Shown one piece after another: positions 14,331 to 26,451 of a DNA stretch of 64,000 bases. The position numbers and the translations under genes are program-made. Position 1 is the stretch's first letter; the number at the start of each line of letters is the position of its first letter. Below the pieces are notes generated by a model. The model saw nothing but the letters and a program-made list of their open reading frames with translations. It ran no database searches and was not told the DNA's origin. The stretch covers positions 13,826,001 to 13,890,000 of the forward strand of contig OZ024740.1 in NCBI GenBank assembly GCA_964016885.1. The letters are read 5' to 3'. The DNA comes from Eledone cirrhosa (taxonomy: Eukaryota).

Positions 14331-14466
14331 TACCACCACCCTATCAAATACATCACGCCACTACACCAATAATTACTCTAGTAGCACACCTCCCCCGTCT
14401 AATCCTTCTAGCACTGACCTATATATAGTTAAAAGAATAGAGGTGTAACAGACAAGTTATTATATA

Positions 14467-14941
14467 TTGGTAAACGGAATAGAAAATGCTGACAAATTGT
14501 TCACAGTTGAAAAATGGTTTAATTAGGAATAAAAGAGTATTAGTGATTGTATGGGTTAGTATTCAGTTGTGGTTTTAAGTTTTTAAGTTTTTACCGGTTG
14601 CGCATTTCTAAATGCTTTTCAAAAATAATTTTGAGTTAGAGTGTCCGTGCTGTTTGCTCTGATCTGATTAGTTTTGGGAATTCTACCTGTTTTTATGTTA
14701 AAAAAGTGGCTCCAGCGTTACTTTGGTGTTGCAAAATTTCTTGTGGTCAAAACAATTTTGATTGGTCGGTAGAGGTCATGTGAGTGTAAAAAATTGATTT
14801 TGCGCCAAGACTGTTTTTATGTTAAAAAAGTGGCTCCAGCAACAATTCTTGTGGTCAAAACAATTTTGATTGGTCGGTAGAGGTCATGTGAATAAAACAT
14901 TGATTTTGCGCCAAGATTGAGAAATGACTCTTTCACAACAA

Positions 14942-14992
<51 letters not shown>

Positions 14993-15084
14993 TGTGTGTG
15001 TGTGTGTGTAGTAGTAGTAAGGTGTTCGATGTTGTGATAATGGTTAGCAGCGATGTGTGTCAAATGGCTATTGAGATAAGTGTG

Positions 15085-15170
<86 letters not shown>

Positions 15171-15351
15171 GCAGAGTAATTCGTGGTGGCAGGGATGGTC
15201 AGTGAGAATGTGTCTGAAAGCAATGGGGGGTATTTTAGCATGTCAAAAGATATTTTTCACCTTTTGTCTTATACGGAGAAGTGCGTGTGTGTGTGTGTGT
15301 GTATATATAAGTCTCTTTGTATGTTGATGTACGCGTGTGTATGTGTGTGTG

Positions 15352-15430
<79 letters not shown>

Positions 15431-15850
15431 ACCAGTATTTTTTCCCCCTGGTAAAATGGTGTACGTTATTCGATTTTTTCAGTAAAATCGGTTCTCTTAA
15501 TAGAACATCAAAAATCTTAACAATAAAAGGTGTGAAATGATATTCACTATATATATATACACACATCCATATATTCACTATATACATATATATATATATA
15601 TACATATATACATATATATACACATATAAATGCACATATATTTTTTTCTGTTGCCCCATAGAGCATGTGTGTTTACGTATGTCATTGTGTTTATATGTGG
15701 GTAAAAACCGGTAAAACTTAAAACCGGTAAAAACTTAAAAACTTAAAACCACAACTGAATACTAACCCATACAATACCTAATACTCTTTTATTCCTAATT
15801 AAACCATTTTTCAACTGTGAACAATTTGTCAGCATTTTCTATTCCGTTTA

Positions 15851-15854
<4 letters not shown>
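14467..15854. mobile_element. 1.39-kb non-autonomous element with ~132-bp terminal inverted repeats in TA context
   Basis: 14467-14599 is the reverse complement of ~15722-15854; internal direct repeat 14687-14810 / 14811-14915 and (TG)n. Confidence 0.7.
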
Positions 15855-15891
<37 letters not shown>

Positions 15892-15896
<5 letters not shown>

Positions 15897-16104
15897 GTAT
15901 TTCCGTAGGAAGGGTAAAGGAAAGGAGAGTGCTCTATGTATGTTACAGAGCTATTTAATTATGTAATAAACAACATAAGACAATTATTCCATTTACCAAA
16001 GGTTTCACAAGACAGACGAGCTCGGCACAGATCTAAGATATAACTGAGGCTGTCTTCGTGAAACCTTTGGTAAATGGAATAATTGCCTCATGTTGTTTAT
16101 TACA

Positions 16105-16107
<3 letters not shown>
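15892..16107 (-). mobile_element. Fold-back PLE-terminus-like element, family C
   Basis: Arms 15959-16015 / 16050-16107; HHR 3' half GAAACC-ttt-GGTA at 16060-16072; within (TA)n. Confidence 0.65.
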
Positions 16108-16180
<73 letters not shown>

Positions 16181-16182
<2 letters not shown>

Positions 16183-16240
16183 GGAAAAGAGTCAGGACCC
16201 CGACGGCTGAGCTCCGCGCCCGTTTCGACAGCTAGATCCG
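16181..16240 (-). mobile_element. Single-arm relative of family B
   Basis: Reverse complement: ctagctgtcGAAACgggcgcggagctcagccGTCggggtc, between (TA)n tracts. Confidence 0.6.
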
Positions 16241-16387
16241 AATATATATACATATATATAAAGGCGACGCTATGCCACGAAGCATGGTATCCGACTGGTA
16301 TAAATCGAACTTGTAGCCGCAATATATATAAATATATATATATATAGGTATATATAAATATATATATATATAGGTATATATATATAT

Positions 16388-16429
<42 letters not shown>

Positions 16430-16433
<4 letters not shown>

Positions 16434-16631
16434 ACGAGTTCTCTCCAGCGGTCTCTGTCCCTCATTATCGCTGCCATGTCCTGCGTCTCCAAGAGACCAG
16501 TGTCTGTCCTTAAGGCATCAACATATGTTAACCTCGGTCTTCCTCTTCCAGTGTGTCCATGGAGGGGCTCCCACAGGAGCACTGAGTGCAGTGTCAACAT
16601 GTCTATGGATCTCGGGAATTTAACCCGCCCT

Positions 16632-16634
<3 letters not shown>
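16430..16634. mobile_element. RTE-type LINE 3' fragment with internal inversion
   Basis: 16430-16598 matches 28529-28697; 16601-16634 is the reverse complement of ~28503-28535. Confidence 0.8.
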
Positions 16635-16691
<57 letters not shown>

Positions 16692-16698
16692 CGTTATC

Positions 16699-16960
16699 TT
16701 TGCCTTTCATCCTTCGGGGTCGATAAATAAAGAACCAGTAATGCACTGGAGTCGATTTAATCCAATTGCCCCTTCCTGCAAATTGGTGACATTGTGCCGA
16801 TAGTAGAAATAATTATTGGCTGCGTCGTGAAAGGGTCGGACAACATGGTTTGCAGCATAGAGTTACGGCCCTTTACGGTGTGAGTTCAAATCCCGCCGAG
16901 GTCAAATTTGCCTTTCATTCTTACGGGGTCGATAAAATAAAGTACCAGTAATGTACTGAG
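16699..16960 (+). mobile_element. Two adjacent partial SINE family A copies
   Basis: tttgcctttcat..ggggtcgataaa occurs twice; tail gtagaaataattatt at ~16803-16817. Confidence 0.8.
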
Positions 16961-17204
16961 ATCCTTGCGCCAAAAGTTAATTGACGTGAGTAACGTCGTG
17001 CTAGCAAACGTATTTCTCACAGGAATATGCACGGTATATGTTCAGTCATGTTGACTAATGTCAGTTGTGTAGTCCAATTAGGAATCGCGACCTTCAATCG
17101 GGCGAATTGTTCAAGGTCGTTTATGGCTTAGCTAGCAATTTCTGAGTGCATGTCAGCTTATGTCAGCTAATTGGCTAGCCAATGAGAGGTCGCCTCAATA
17201 GCAC

Positions 17205-17467
17205 GTGCCAAATCGGCCTAGTACTTCAAAAGTTAAAAGCAGCCTAGTATTTGTACACCGACAGATACACACACAAAATCGATTTTTCGGCTCCAATATA
17301 GATTTTTTCAAATTTGTTTTTGGCCAAAAAATCTGCTCTGTCATATAAGCAATATGTGTGCCAAATTTGGTTGAAATCGGCCTAGTACTTCAAAAGTTAA
17401 AAGGAGCCTAGTATTTGTACACAGACAGACACACACACACAGACCGACCTGCTTTTATATATATAGA
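17205..17467 (-). mobile_element. Non-autonomous Helitron-like 5' end (left boundary uncertain)
   Basis: Minus strand begins a|TCTATATATATAAAAGC, then (GT)n/(GTCT)n; internal duplicated ~60-bp block aaatcggcctagtacttcaaaag. Confidence 0.55.
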
Positions 17468-17654
17468 TATATGCAGAGGTTATATTTGATTTGTTGGGAT
17501 TCCACAAGCTTAAACATTTTTACACTCATTTGCATACTCACTCATAACTTTGTATTACCCTCAATAAAATATTATCTTCACTATCCAGGAAGCTCCAACC
17601 GTTAAGGTTGTCTTTTTTCCGGGTATGTCAATATTTATTTATAAAATAAATCTG

Positions 17655-17714
17655 TATTTTATCTGATGAAAGCGCACCATAATTTGCCTTGGTTGCCCTT
17701 GAAATATATATAAT
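17655..17714 (+). ncRNA. Hammerhead motif with helix I cut off by a SINE
   Basis: tattttat-CTGATGA-aagcgcacca..tggttgccctt-GAAA-tatata-TA-at; same 5' helix I strand as the 20276 HHR. Confidence 0.6.
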
Positions 17715-17899
17715 TGTTTCTACTGTTGGCACAAGGCCAGCAATGACCCAGTCATTACTGGTACTTTATTTTATCGACCCCGTAAGGATGAAAGGAAAAG
17801 TTAACCTCGGCGGGATTTGAACTCAGACTGTAAAGGGACGTAACTATGCTTGAAAGCATGACGCTCAACGCTCTACCAATACTGCCAATTCCCCGCCCA
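17711..17899 (-). mobile_element. SINE family A, near full length
   Basis: Tail, central domain, B box and head all present in reverse complement. Confidence 0.85.
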
Positions 17900-18105
<206 letters not shown>

Positions 18106-18287
18106 AATACAATAACAGAGATAGCTTAAAGCTAAACTCCGACTGGTAACCATCTCACTCAACAAACATTAGGTTATATGTTAGTATAAACCCAATTAAA
18201 GTGTTTGGAGTGCTAACTATATGTATTTTGTGGAAAGCCAGTTGTATTATTTTATGAGATATAATTAAAGTTAAAATATATCTCTCT

Positions 18288-18412
18288 TTCCAAACAATTG
18301 TTTCATTATAAGTTTTCTACAAATTGGGAGAATGTTTCCAGTTTATGTAGAAGCCTAACATATACTCATGTAAGAATATATTTAGGTGGGCACTTATAAA
18401 TCTTCAGTGGAA
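18288..18412 (-). ncRNA. Type I hammerhead ribozyme with branched helix II
   Basis: Reverse complement: ttcca-CTGAAGA-t-ttataagt...acttataa-t-GAAAC-aatt-GTT-tggaa. Confidence 0.75.
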
Positions 18413-19276
18413 GCCCATTAAACTTTGATATAAGAAACAATTCTTACCGCAGTTAAAAATCGTGTCTACTAAGCTGCTCCTTCACGCATCGAATGACCGC
18501 CAAATTTAAAATTCCAGCAGTCTTTCGACTGAGGAAGTATCATAGCGTCACTAAGCGGGAAAGGGAGACAACAACGATTCACGAGAAAAGAAAATAATAA
18601 ACACGTGGGTTAATTAGTTTTTTCAAAAACATTATCAATCCAACGTGTTAAGAACTCAATTGAAATAAAAAAAATAAATGTATACGTGTATTAATTACAC
18701 ACGCATATAGATATTTTCTTAGGCTAAAAACAGAAGTGATACCCCAATAACGTGCCGCATCTCAAACCGTAGCAAATACAGAAAGTTACGCTTTAAAAGG
18801 CGATTGGGAATGTAAATCTCTGGCCAAATTAAGAGTAAAATATTTAATACACGCGGGTTAATTAGTTATTTCAAAACTAATATCAATTCCACGTGTGAAG
18901 AACTCAATAAACTTAAACAAATAAATGTATGCATGTAATTATATACACATGCACATATATATTTTCTTAGGCAAAAAACAGAGAAATGACAACCAAAAAA
19001 CCTCCATATCTCATAGCAGTAATAAATACGGAAAGTCATGTTTATAAGGTACCTGGAAATAAATACCTCTGGCCAAATCAAGAGTAAAATATTTAATACA
19101 ATAACAGAGATAGCTTAAAGCTAAACTCCGACTGGTAACCATCTCACTCAACAAACATTAGGTTATATGTTAGTATAAACCCAATTTAAGTGTTTGGGGT
19201 GCTAACTATATGTATTTTGTGGAAAGCCAGTTGTATTATTTTATGAGATATAATTAAAGTTAAAATATATCTCTCT

Positions 19277-19401
19277 TTCCAAACAATTGTTTCATTATAA
19301 GTTTTCTACAAATTGGGAGAATGTTGCCAGTTTATGTAGAAGCCTAACATATACTCATGTAAGAATATATTTAGGTGGGCACTTATAAATCTTCAGTGGA
19401 A
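19277..19401 (-). ncRNA. Type I hammerhead ribozyme, second copy
   Basis: Same core and helices as 18288-18412 at offset 989. Confidence 0.75.
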
Positions 19402-19753
19402 GCCCATTAAACTTTGATATAAGAAAAAATTCTTACCGCAGTTAAAAATCGTGTCTGCTAAGCTGCTCCTTCACGCATCGAATGACCGCCAAATTTGAAA
19501 TTCCAGCAGTATTTTGACTGAGGAAGTATCATAGCGTCACTAAGCGGGAAAGGGAGACAACCACGATTCACGAGAAAAGAAAATAATAAACACGTGGGTT
19601 AATTAGCTTTTTCAAAAACATTATCAATCCAACGTGTTAAGAACTCAATTGAAATAAAAAAAATAAATGTATGCGTGTATTAATTACACACGCATATAGA
19701 TATTTTCTTAGGCTAAAAACAGAAGTGATACCCCAATAACGTGCCGCATCTCA

Positions 19754-19792
<39 letters not shown>

Positions 19793-19813
19793 CATATATA
19801 TATATACATATAT

Positions 19814-19931
<118 letters not shown>

Positions 19932-19934
19932 TGA

Positions 19935-20051
19935 AGGCGTGTGGCTGAGTGGTTAGAGAATTGGATTCGCAATCGTAAGATTGTGAGTTCGATTCCTGGA
20001 CCAGGCGATGCGTTATGTCCTTGAGCAAGACACTTTATTTCACGTTGCTCC
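19935..20051 (+). mobile_element. SINE family B (CORE-like)
   Basis: tggctgagtggtt, gagttcgattcc, tgtccttgagcaagacacttt. Confidence 0.8.
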
Positions 20052-20171
20052 TTCTAGCTGGAGTTGCGACCGATAGATAGTATTAGCAATTGGAAAGACA
20101 AACGGAAACAGTGTTCCCTCGGTCCGATTTGACGAAAGTCGATCGATTCTAAAATATATATATATATATTA

Positions 20172-20366
20172 TTAAAAAACACTTGTGAATAGTGCAGTTT
20201 TAAATCAACATATGATATGTTGATTTAAAACTGCACTATTCACAAGTGTGTTTTAACCTTCATATCATGTCTCCTTATTTTATCTGACGAAAACGCAAAT
20301 GATGATATTTGTTTTTGAAATGCGCATAATAAAATACATGGAACTTTTTTAACCATCTTTTGATCT
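20172..20366 (+). mobile_element. Fold-back PLE-terminus-like element with complete HHR
   Basis: 42-bp arms 20172-20213 / 20215-20256, then an HHR, within (TA)n. Confidence 0.7.
20276..20336 (+). ncRNA. Minimal type I hammerhead ribozyme with intact core
   Basis: tattttat-CTGACGA-aaacgcaaat/atttgttttt-GAAA-tgcgca-TA-ataaaata; 8-bp helix I; palindromic helix III ATGCGCAT. Confidence 0.85.
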
Positions 20367-21144
20367 TATATATATATATATATATATTTATGAATAAATT
20401 TAGTCCTTCAGCAGTGATCTTCCAACCTTCATTGGTATTTCATCGCATTAAAGACCATATACCTCCGGTTGGTGCGAGCAACGACTGGAGAAAGTCGTTG
20501 GGACACGTAAATAAGGGGAACGAGCGAGTCTGTAAACAATCAAAGATGGTAATCCAACTAAAAGTGATGAAGAAGGAGTCAAGTCCCAGAATTCGATGAA
20601 TATAAGTTCTGTGAAATCGTGGACGAGAGAGAATAAAGACCAATATATATATATATATGGGAGGGGGGGCGTGTGTGCGAATATGTATGTGTGTGTGCGT
20701 GTGAATTGTGTGTTTGTGTGCGTTTGTATACACATACGGGAAGTGTACCGCTTGCCTCGTTCAGCCACCCACCACTGTTGACCTGTTTCCCACCACCAAT
20801 ACCTGCCACACTCCTCCCCCTTACCCCCACTCTATCCCTATAACCACCTCACCCCTAATCCACCACCACTCACCTGTTATAAACATATTTCCACACCCAC
20901 CTACCTACACTGACTGCTCAGAATTCTTTCAGGCAGGTTACACGGTCCACGAATGAGATGACGGCCGGGTAGGCGGAAAGAATGTAGGGTGACGGGTGTG
21001 GCGTCGGGGGTAGGAGCGGCAGCAATCACCTGGCAGTAGATACAATTGCTATCACCTCCTTTTAACTCTTACCTCACACCTATCACACTCATTCACCTAT
21101 TGTAGTTGTGGCCTCAGGAAAGGAGGTGATACCGTGCAGAATCC

Positions 21145-22625
21145 AGCACGCCGCCACACGATACCACCCCCATCCCCCGCCACCCCGCCAGTCGCCTCAC
21201 GACACCATCACCGCCAGCCGCCATACGACACCACCTCCGCCAGCCGCCTAAGACACCACCCCACCCGCCGCCATACGACACTACCACACCCCCGCCACCC
21301 CGCCAGCCGCCACATGACTCCACCACCGCCAGCCGCCTCACGAGACCACCCCGCCAGCCGCCCCACGGCACCACCTCCGCCAACTGCCTCACGACACCAT
21401 CCCGCCAGCCGCCACACGACACAACCCCGCCTGCCGCCACTCGACACCACCCCACCCGCCGCCACCCCGCCAGCCGCCCCACGGCACCACCCCGCCAGCC
21501 GCCACACGACACCACCCCACCCGCCGCCACCCCGACAGCCGCCCCACGGCACCCCTCCGTCAGCCGCCCGACAACACCACCCAGCCAGCCGCCACACGAC
21601 ACCACCACCGCCAGCCGCCTCACGACACCACCACCGCCAGCCGCCCGACAACACCACCCCGCCAGCCGCCACACGACACCACCCCACCCGCCGCCACCCT
21701 GACAGCCGCCCCACGGCACCCCTCCGCCAGCCGCCCGACAACACCACCCAGCCAGCCGCCACACGACACCACCACCGCCAGCCGCCTCACAAGACCACCC
21801 CGCCAGCCGCCAGACAACACCACCCAGCCAGCCGCCCCACGACACCACCACCGCCAGCCGCCCCACGACACCATCCCGCCAGCCGCCACACGACACCACC
21901 CCGCCAGCCGCCAGACTACACCACCCAGCCAGCCGCCCCACGACACCACCACCGCCAGCCGCCACACGACACCATCCCGCCAGCCGCCACACGACACCAC
22001 CCCGCCAGCCGCCAGACAACACCACCCAGCCAGCCGCCCCACGACACCACCACCGCCAGCCGCCCCACGACACCATCCCGCCAGCCGCCACACGACACCA
22101 CCCCGCCAGCCGCCAGACAACACCACCCAGCCAGCCGCCCCACGACACCATCCCGCCAGCCGCCACTCGACACCACCCCACCCGCCGCCACACGACAATA
22201 CCTCCGCCAGCCGCCACACGACACCATCCCACCAGCCGCCACACGACACCACCCCACCAGCCGCCACACGACACCACCCCGCCTGCCGCCACTCGACACC
22301 ACCCCACCCGCCGCCACCCCGCCAGCCGCCCCGTCGCCACCCCGCCAGCCGCCACACGACACCACCACCGCCAGCCGCCCCACGGCACCACCTCCGCCAA
22401 CTACCTCACGACACCATCCCGCCAGCCGCCACACGACACCATCCCACCAGCCGCCACACGACACCACCCCGCCTGCCGCCACTCGACACCACCCCACCCG
22501 CCGCACCTTACACTACTCCGTCCCCCGTCACCCGACACTACCCCGCCCGCCGCAACTTGACACCACACCGCTACCCGACACCACCCCACCACTCCTCACC
22601 AACCCCGCCCGCCGCCACCCGCCAT
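21145..22625. repeat. GC-rich minisatellite with ~24-27 bp variant units
   Basis: cacgacaccaccccgccagccgc variants; C-rich + strand. Confidence 0.9.
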
Positions 22626-23029
22626 CATTAACAATAATACAGCAGGCGTTAGGTAGCTTAGCTTGTGTGTATGTGTGTTGGTGACTGTGTGTGTGCAGTT
22701 GTGTGTGGCTGTGAGTATGACTATGTGAGGTGTGTGTGTGTGTGTGTGCGGGGGAGTGTGTTAGGGTGTACACGCGGCGTCGGCGCTTGTATGCAGTGAT
22801 GGCGAGGCTAGGTATTATATAACAATAGCTACATGTGTCCCTCACGAGCACGGCTTGCCACTCACACACTCACATATATGTATGTGTGTGAGTGTATATA
22901 AATATATATATACACATATATACATACACACGCACATATATACATATATGATATATGTGTGTGCATGTATACACATATATATATACATATACACATATAT
23001 ATATACATACACACACACATATATATACA

Positions 23030-23730
23030 TACATGAGATGTGTGTGTGTGTGTATACATATATATATATATACATACACGCACACATATATATACATACA
23101 TGAGATGTGTGTGTGTGTGTATACATATATATATATACATACACACACACATATATATACATACATGAGATGTGTGTGTGTGTGCGTGTATACTTATATA
23201 TATACATACACACACACATATATATACATACATGAGATGTGTGTGTGTGTGCGTGTATACTTATATATATACATACACACACACATATATATACATACAT
23301 GAGATGTGTGTGTGCGTGTATACATATATATATATACATACACACACACATATATATACATACATGAGATGTGTGTGTGTGTGTGTGTGTGTGCGTGTAT
23401 ACATATATATATATACATACACATACACATATATATACATACATGAGATGTGTGTGTGCGTGTATACATATATATATATACATACACACACACATATATA
23501 TACATACGTGAGATGTGTGTTGTGCGTGTATACATATATATATATACATACACACACACATATATATACATACATGAGATGTGTGTGTGTGTGTGTGTAT
23601 GCGTGTATACATATATATATATATACATACACACACACATATATATACATACATGAGATGTGTGTGTGCGTGTATACATATATATATATACATACACACA
23701 CACATATATATACATACATGAGATGTGTGC
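23030..23730. repeat. ~62-76 bp minisatellite assembled from dinucleotide tracts
   Basis: catgagat(gt)n gcgtgtatac(at)n ac(at)(ac)n repeated ~11 times. Confidence 0.85.
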
Positions 23731-23887
23731 ATTCAAACGCAAATGACCAAAATGTTTCTATACATAAAGACTTACATATTTACGTAAACTCACACACACG
23801 CATTCTCTCTCTCTCACACACACATACACACTCTTTCTCTATCACACACATTCTCTCTCTCACACACATACACATATTTTATAGACA

Positions 23888-24504
23888 CTAGCAGAAAAAC
23901 TACCCTTCAGGTGGTTTTCTGCTAGCATGTGTAGTGTGTATATTGATATTATACACAAGTATATATACATGTAGATATGATACAACAAATAAAATCGTAA
24001 TTGACAATTTACACAGAAATTGAAGAGAGACTGCGTTACACTGTCTTCTCTAATTAGTAACGTAATCCATGATATATTAAAAAAAGACGATATTATATAT
24101 CTGCTAGCATGTATAGTGTGTATATTGATATTATACGCAAGTATTAAAAAAAGACGATATTATATATCTGCTAACATGTATAGTGTGTATATTGATATTA
24201 TACGCAAGTATTAAAAAATGACGATATTATATATAAACTGCATTAGGAGAAAATTAGTGACGGAAATAAGTGAATGTTTATTTAAGCGATCGTTAACCGG
24301 AAGTGTTGACATTTGAAAATTTTAAAGAAGTGAATCTTTAAATAAACAATAAAATATATTTAATCAACAGCTACGAAATTTAGTAGATAAATTATGTAAT
24401 ATTCATTCATTATTTATTCAAAGTAATCCAACTTATTTTACTAAATGGATTAAAAGAAATAAAGCGTACGCAGTCCCGCACTCCTTACTTTATTATAGTT
24501 TAGA
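23888..24504 (-). mobile_element. Non-autonomous Helitron family H1
   Basis: Minus strand: 5' TCTAAACTATAATAAAG ... hairpin ... CTAG 3', inserted between A and T. Confidence 0.8.
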
Positions 24505-24589
24505 TATACCTTGTTGTATAATTGTTTAACACATTGTGATTTTCTGGGGAAGGTGTTACCTTTTTGATGTAACGTCACTCGATAGAGGG

Positions 24590-25012
24590 CGTAGCTCGGA
24601 GATCAGAGAGTTGCTTCAGGTAGAGCTGTTACTTCTTCGAATTGATAGATCACAGCTCTGATACTATGGACATGTGGTTAGAATGTCTCAGGAAAGAATC
24701 ACTTGACAGATCTGTAGTCTGGAGATCAGAGAGTCAGTCCAGGTAGAGCTGCTACTTCTCCAAATTGAGAGATCACAGCTCTGATACTCTGGACATGTGG
24801 TTAGAATGTCTTAGAAAAGAATCGCTGGACTGATTTTACGGGCAAAACAAACCGGCAGGAGACCCATTGGTAGACCCTAAGAAAGATGGCTGAATAACAT
24901 TCATGAGCTTGGCTGGTCTCGCTTGGGGATCTCACCGTGTCATGACCCGTTAGAAGGAGTGTTTGAAGACTCTGCCCCCACGACCCACTCACGAATAAAA
25001 GAACGAAGAAGA
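24590..25012 (+). mobile_element. RTE-clade LINE 3' fragment with internal duplication
   Basis: Encodes degenerate LLLRIDRSQL*YYGHVVRMS; antisense-homologous to 26452-26780; (GAA)n-like tail. Confidence 0.7.
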
Positions 25013-25198
25013 AAAGTGTTACTTTTGAAAAAAATACCAGTGTAGAAACAGTTCAATATATGTATACTTTGGTAGAGTCATGCTTCCAATAGAAACACAC
25101 GCACCAGTTAGGTTTCACTTCAATTTATTATTATTGGTTAAATTACTAATTTTTCCGTCGGTTAGTGTAATAACCAGATGGCTGTTTAGTTGTTAATT

Positions 25199-25241
25199 GT
25201 CAAAGCTCTTTCGTCACACATTCTGTGACTTCTTCAGTGAC
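25199..25241 (-). ncRNA. Minimal type I hammerhead motif in a probable solo PLE pseudo-LTR
   Basis: Reverse complement: gtca-CTGAAGA-a-gtcaca-gaatg-tgtgac-GAAAG-ag-CTT-tgac. Confidence 0.7.
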
Positions 25242-26039
25242 TATTTGTGTTACTTTGTGTCGCCTCTTTGTTCTGTTTTATACTACTTTTCTTTATGAGC
25301 TGTGCACCTGGACTGCGCATGCGTTAGATATATGTGTGTGTTTCCTTCCCTTCTTTCTTTCCTATTTGTCACAAGTTAGTTGTTATCCTGATTTTTGTAT
25401 TGTATGTGTGTGTGAAGATATACATACAAACATACACATGTACACACACACATATACACACATATGCGCATATATAAATGGAAGTTAGTTTATTTGTCCG
25501 TTATAGAAAAAGAAACGTCTAACCATATACATTTTAAAATAACTTCACAATGACCAATTTTTAAAATAAATTTGATGATGTTACTTATTATTTGGTTTAG
25601 TATTTAATGAATAAATTTACATTTAATAATTTTAATATTTTGTGAATCTAATGATAAGATTCATATAATTATGAATCAATCTGATTAGAACTACTTGTCA
25701 TGCTCATTAATGCATGCGTGTTATGTCTAACATCTTTGGCGCAGGAATGAAACATACGTCTCCTCACTGTTAATACAAAACTTAATAACCACAACAACCG
25801 TGTCTCATATAAAAATATACATTGGTGACAGCTACATTATGATGGAGACTTCAAGCGTAAACCTTTTTTTTCTATTCAATAATAATGTTATAAAAGGTAC
25901 TTATTCTTTATATTTTTAATAGTCAAATTTAGTGACTTCCAACTTGAATTCGAGGATTTCCAGTTGGCAGTGAAAGACGTTTTGGTAGAAAAAGTAAAGG
26001 TATTTTTCATGGGCGAAATTTAAAGATTTATGAATTTTC

Positions 26040-26340
26040 CATACAAATGACTTTCGGAAACATTTTTCCCCGCCCAGAGTTGCTGAAGCATGGAACAAAC
26101 TACCTGCATCGGTTGTTAGCTGTCGAGACACTGCATCCTTTAAAACCTCCATGCTTCCTGAGATTCGCCAACACTACACCTAATATTCCCCCTCCATACA
26201 CACGCACACATGTATATCATGACTCATACACTATTCACTTCCCTGACATTTGTATATTATTCTATGTACTATACATGCACCTTTGGTGAGTTGTAGTGCA
26301 CCTGAGCACTGTACACAATAATTTCATTATTATTATTATT
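26040..26340 (+). mobile_element. CR1-clade LINE 3' end
   Basis: Reads FRKHF..RVAEAWNKLPASVVSCRDTASFKTS (CR1 ORF2 C-terminal pattern); ends in (ATT)n. Confidence 0.75.
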
Positions 26341-26344
26341 CAAA

Positions 26345-26450
26345 CTAGCAGAAAAACCGCCCTTCGGCCGGTTTCCTGCTAGCATATGTGGTGTGCATAT
26401 TGGTATTATACGCAAATATATATATGTAAATTGAAAAGTAAATTGATTAT
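26345..26450 (-). mobile_element. Helitron H1 3' end
   Basis: a|ctagcagaaaaaccgcccttcggccggtttcctgctag as in the other H1 copies. Confidence 0.7.
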
Positions 26451-26451
26451 A

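Larger units (their letters stand above)
11487..14420 (+). mobile_element. Penelope-like retroelement: 5' pseudo-LTR plus frameshifted RT ORF, truncated before the endonuclease
   Basis: Starts after (TA)n with a CQHRRANSF...stop reading (possible EN C-terminus), HHR at 11918-12037, then the RT ORF; ends at TA. Confidence 0.85.

Noticed and set aside
18527-18565. Plus-strand HHR from CTGAGGA...GAAA
   Set aside because: No helix II/III pairing and no UH triplet.
20122-20150. Possible HHR half gtc/gac-GAAA-gtcgatcgat-tc
   Set aside because: No CUGANGA box, only a 3-bp helix II and no second copy; too weak to call.
21114-22684. 428-516 aa Pro/Arg/Gly-rich ORFs
   Set aside because: Open on both strands and in several frames because of a GC-rich minisatellite; no domain content.
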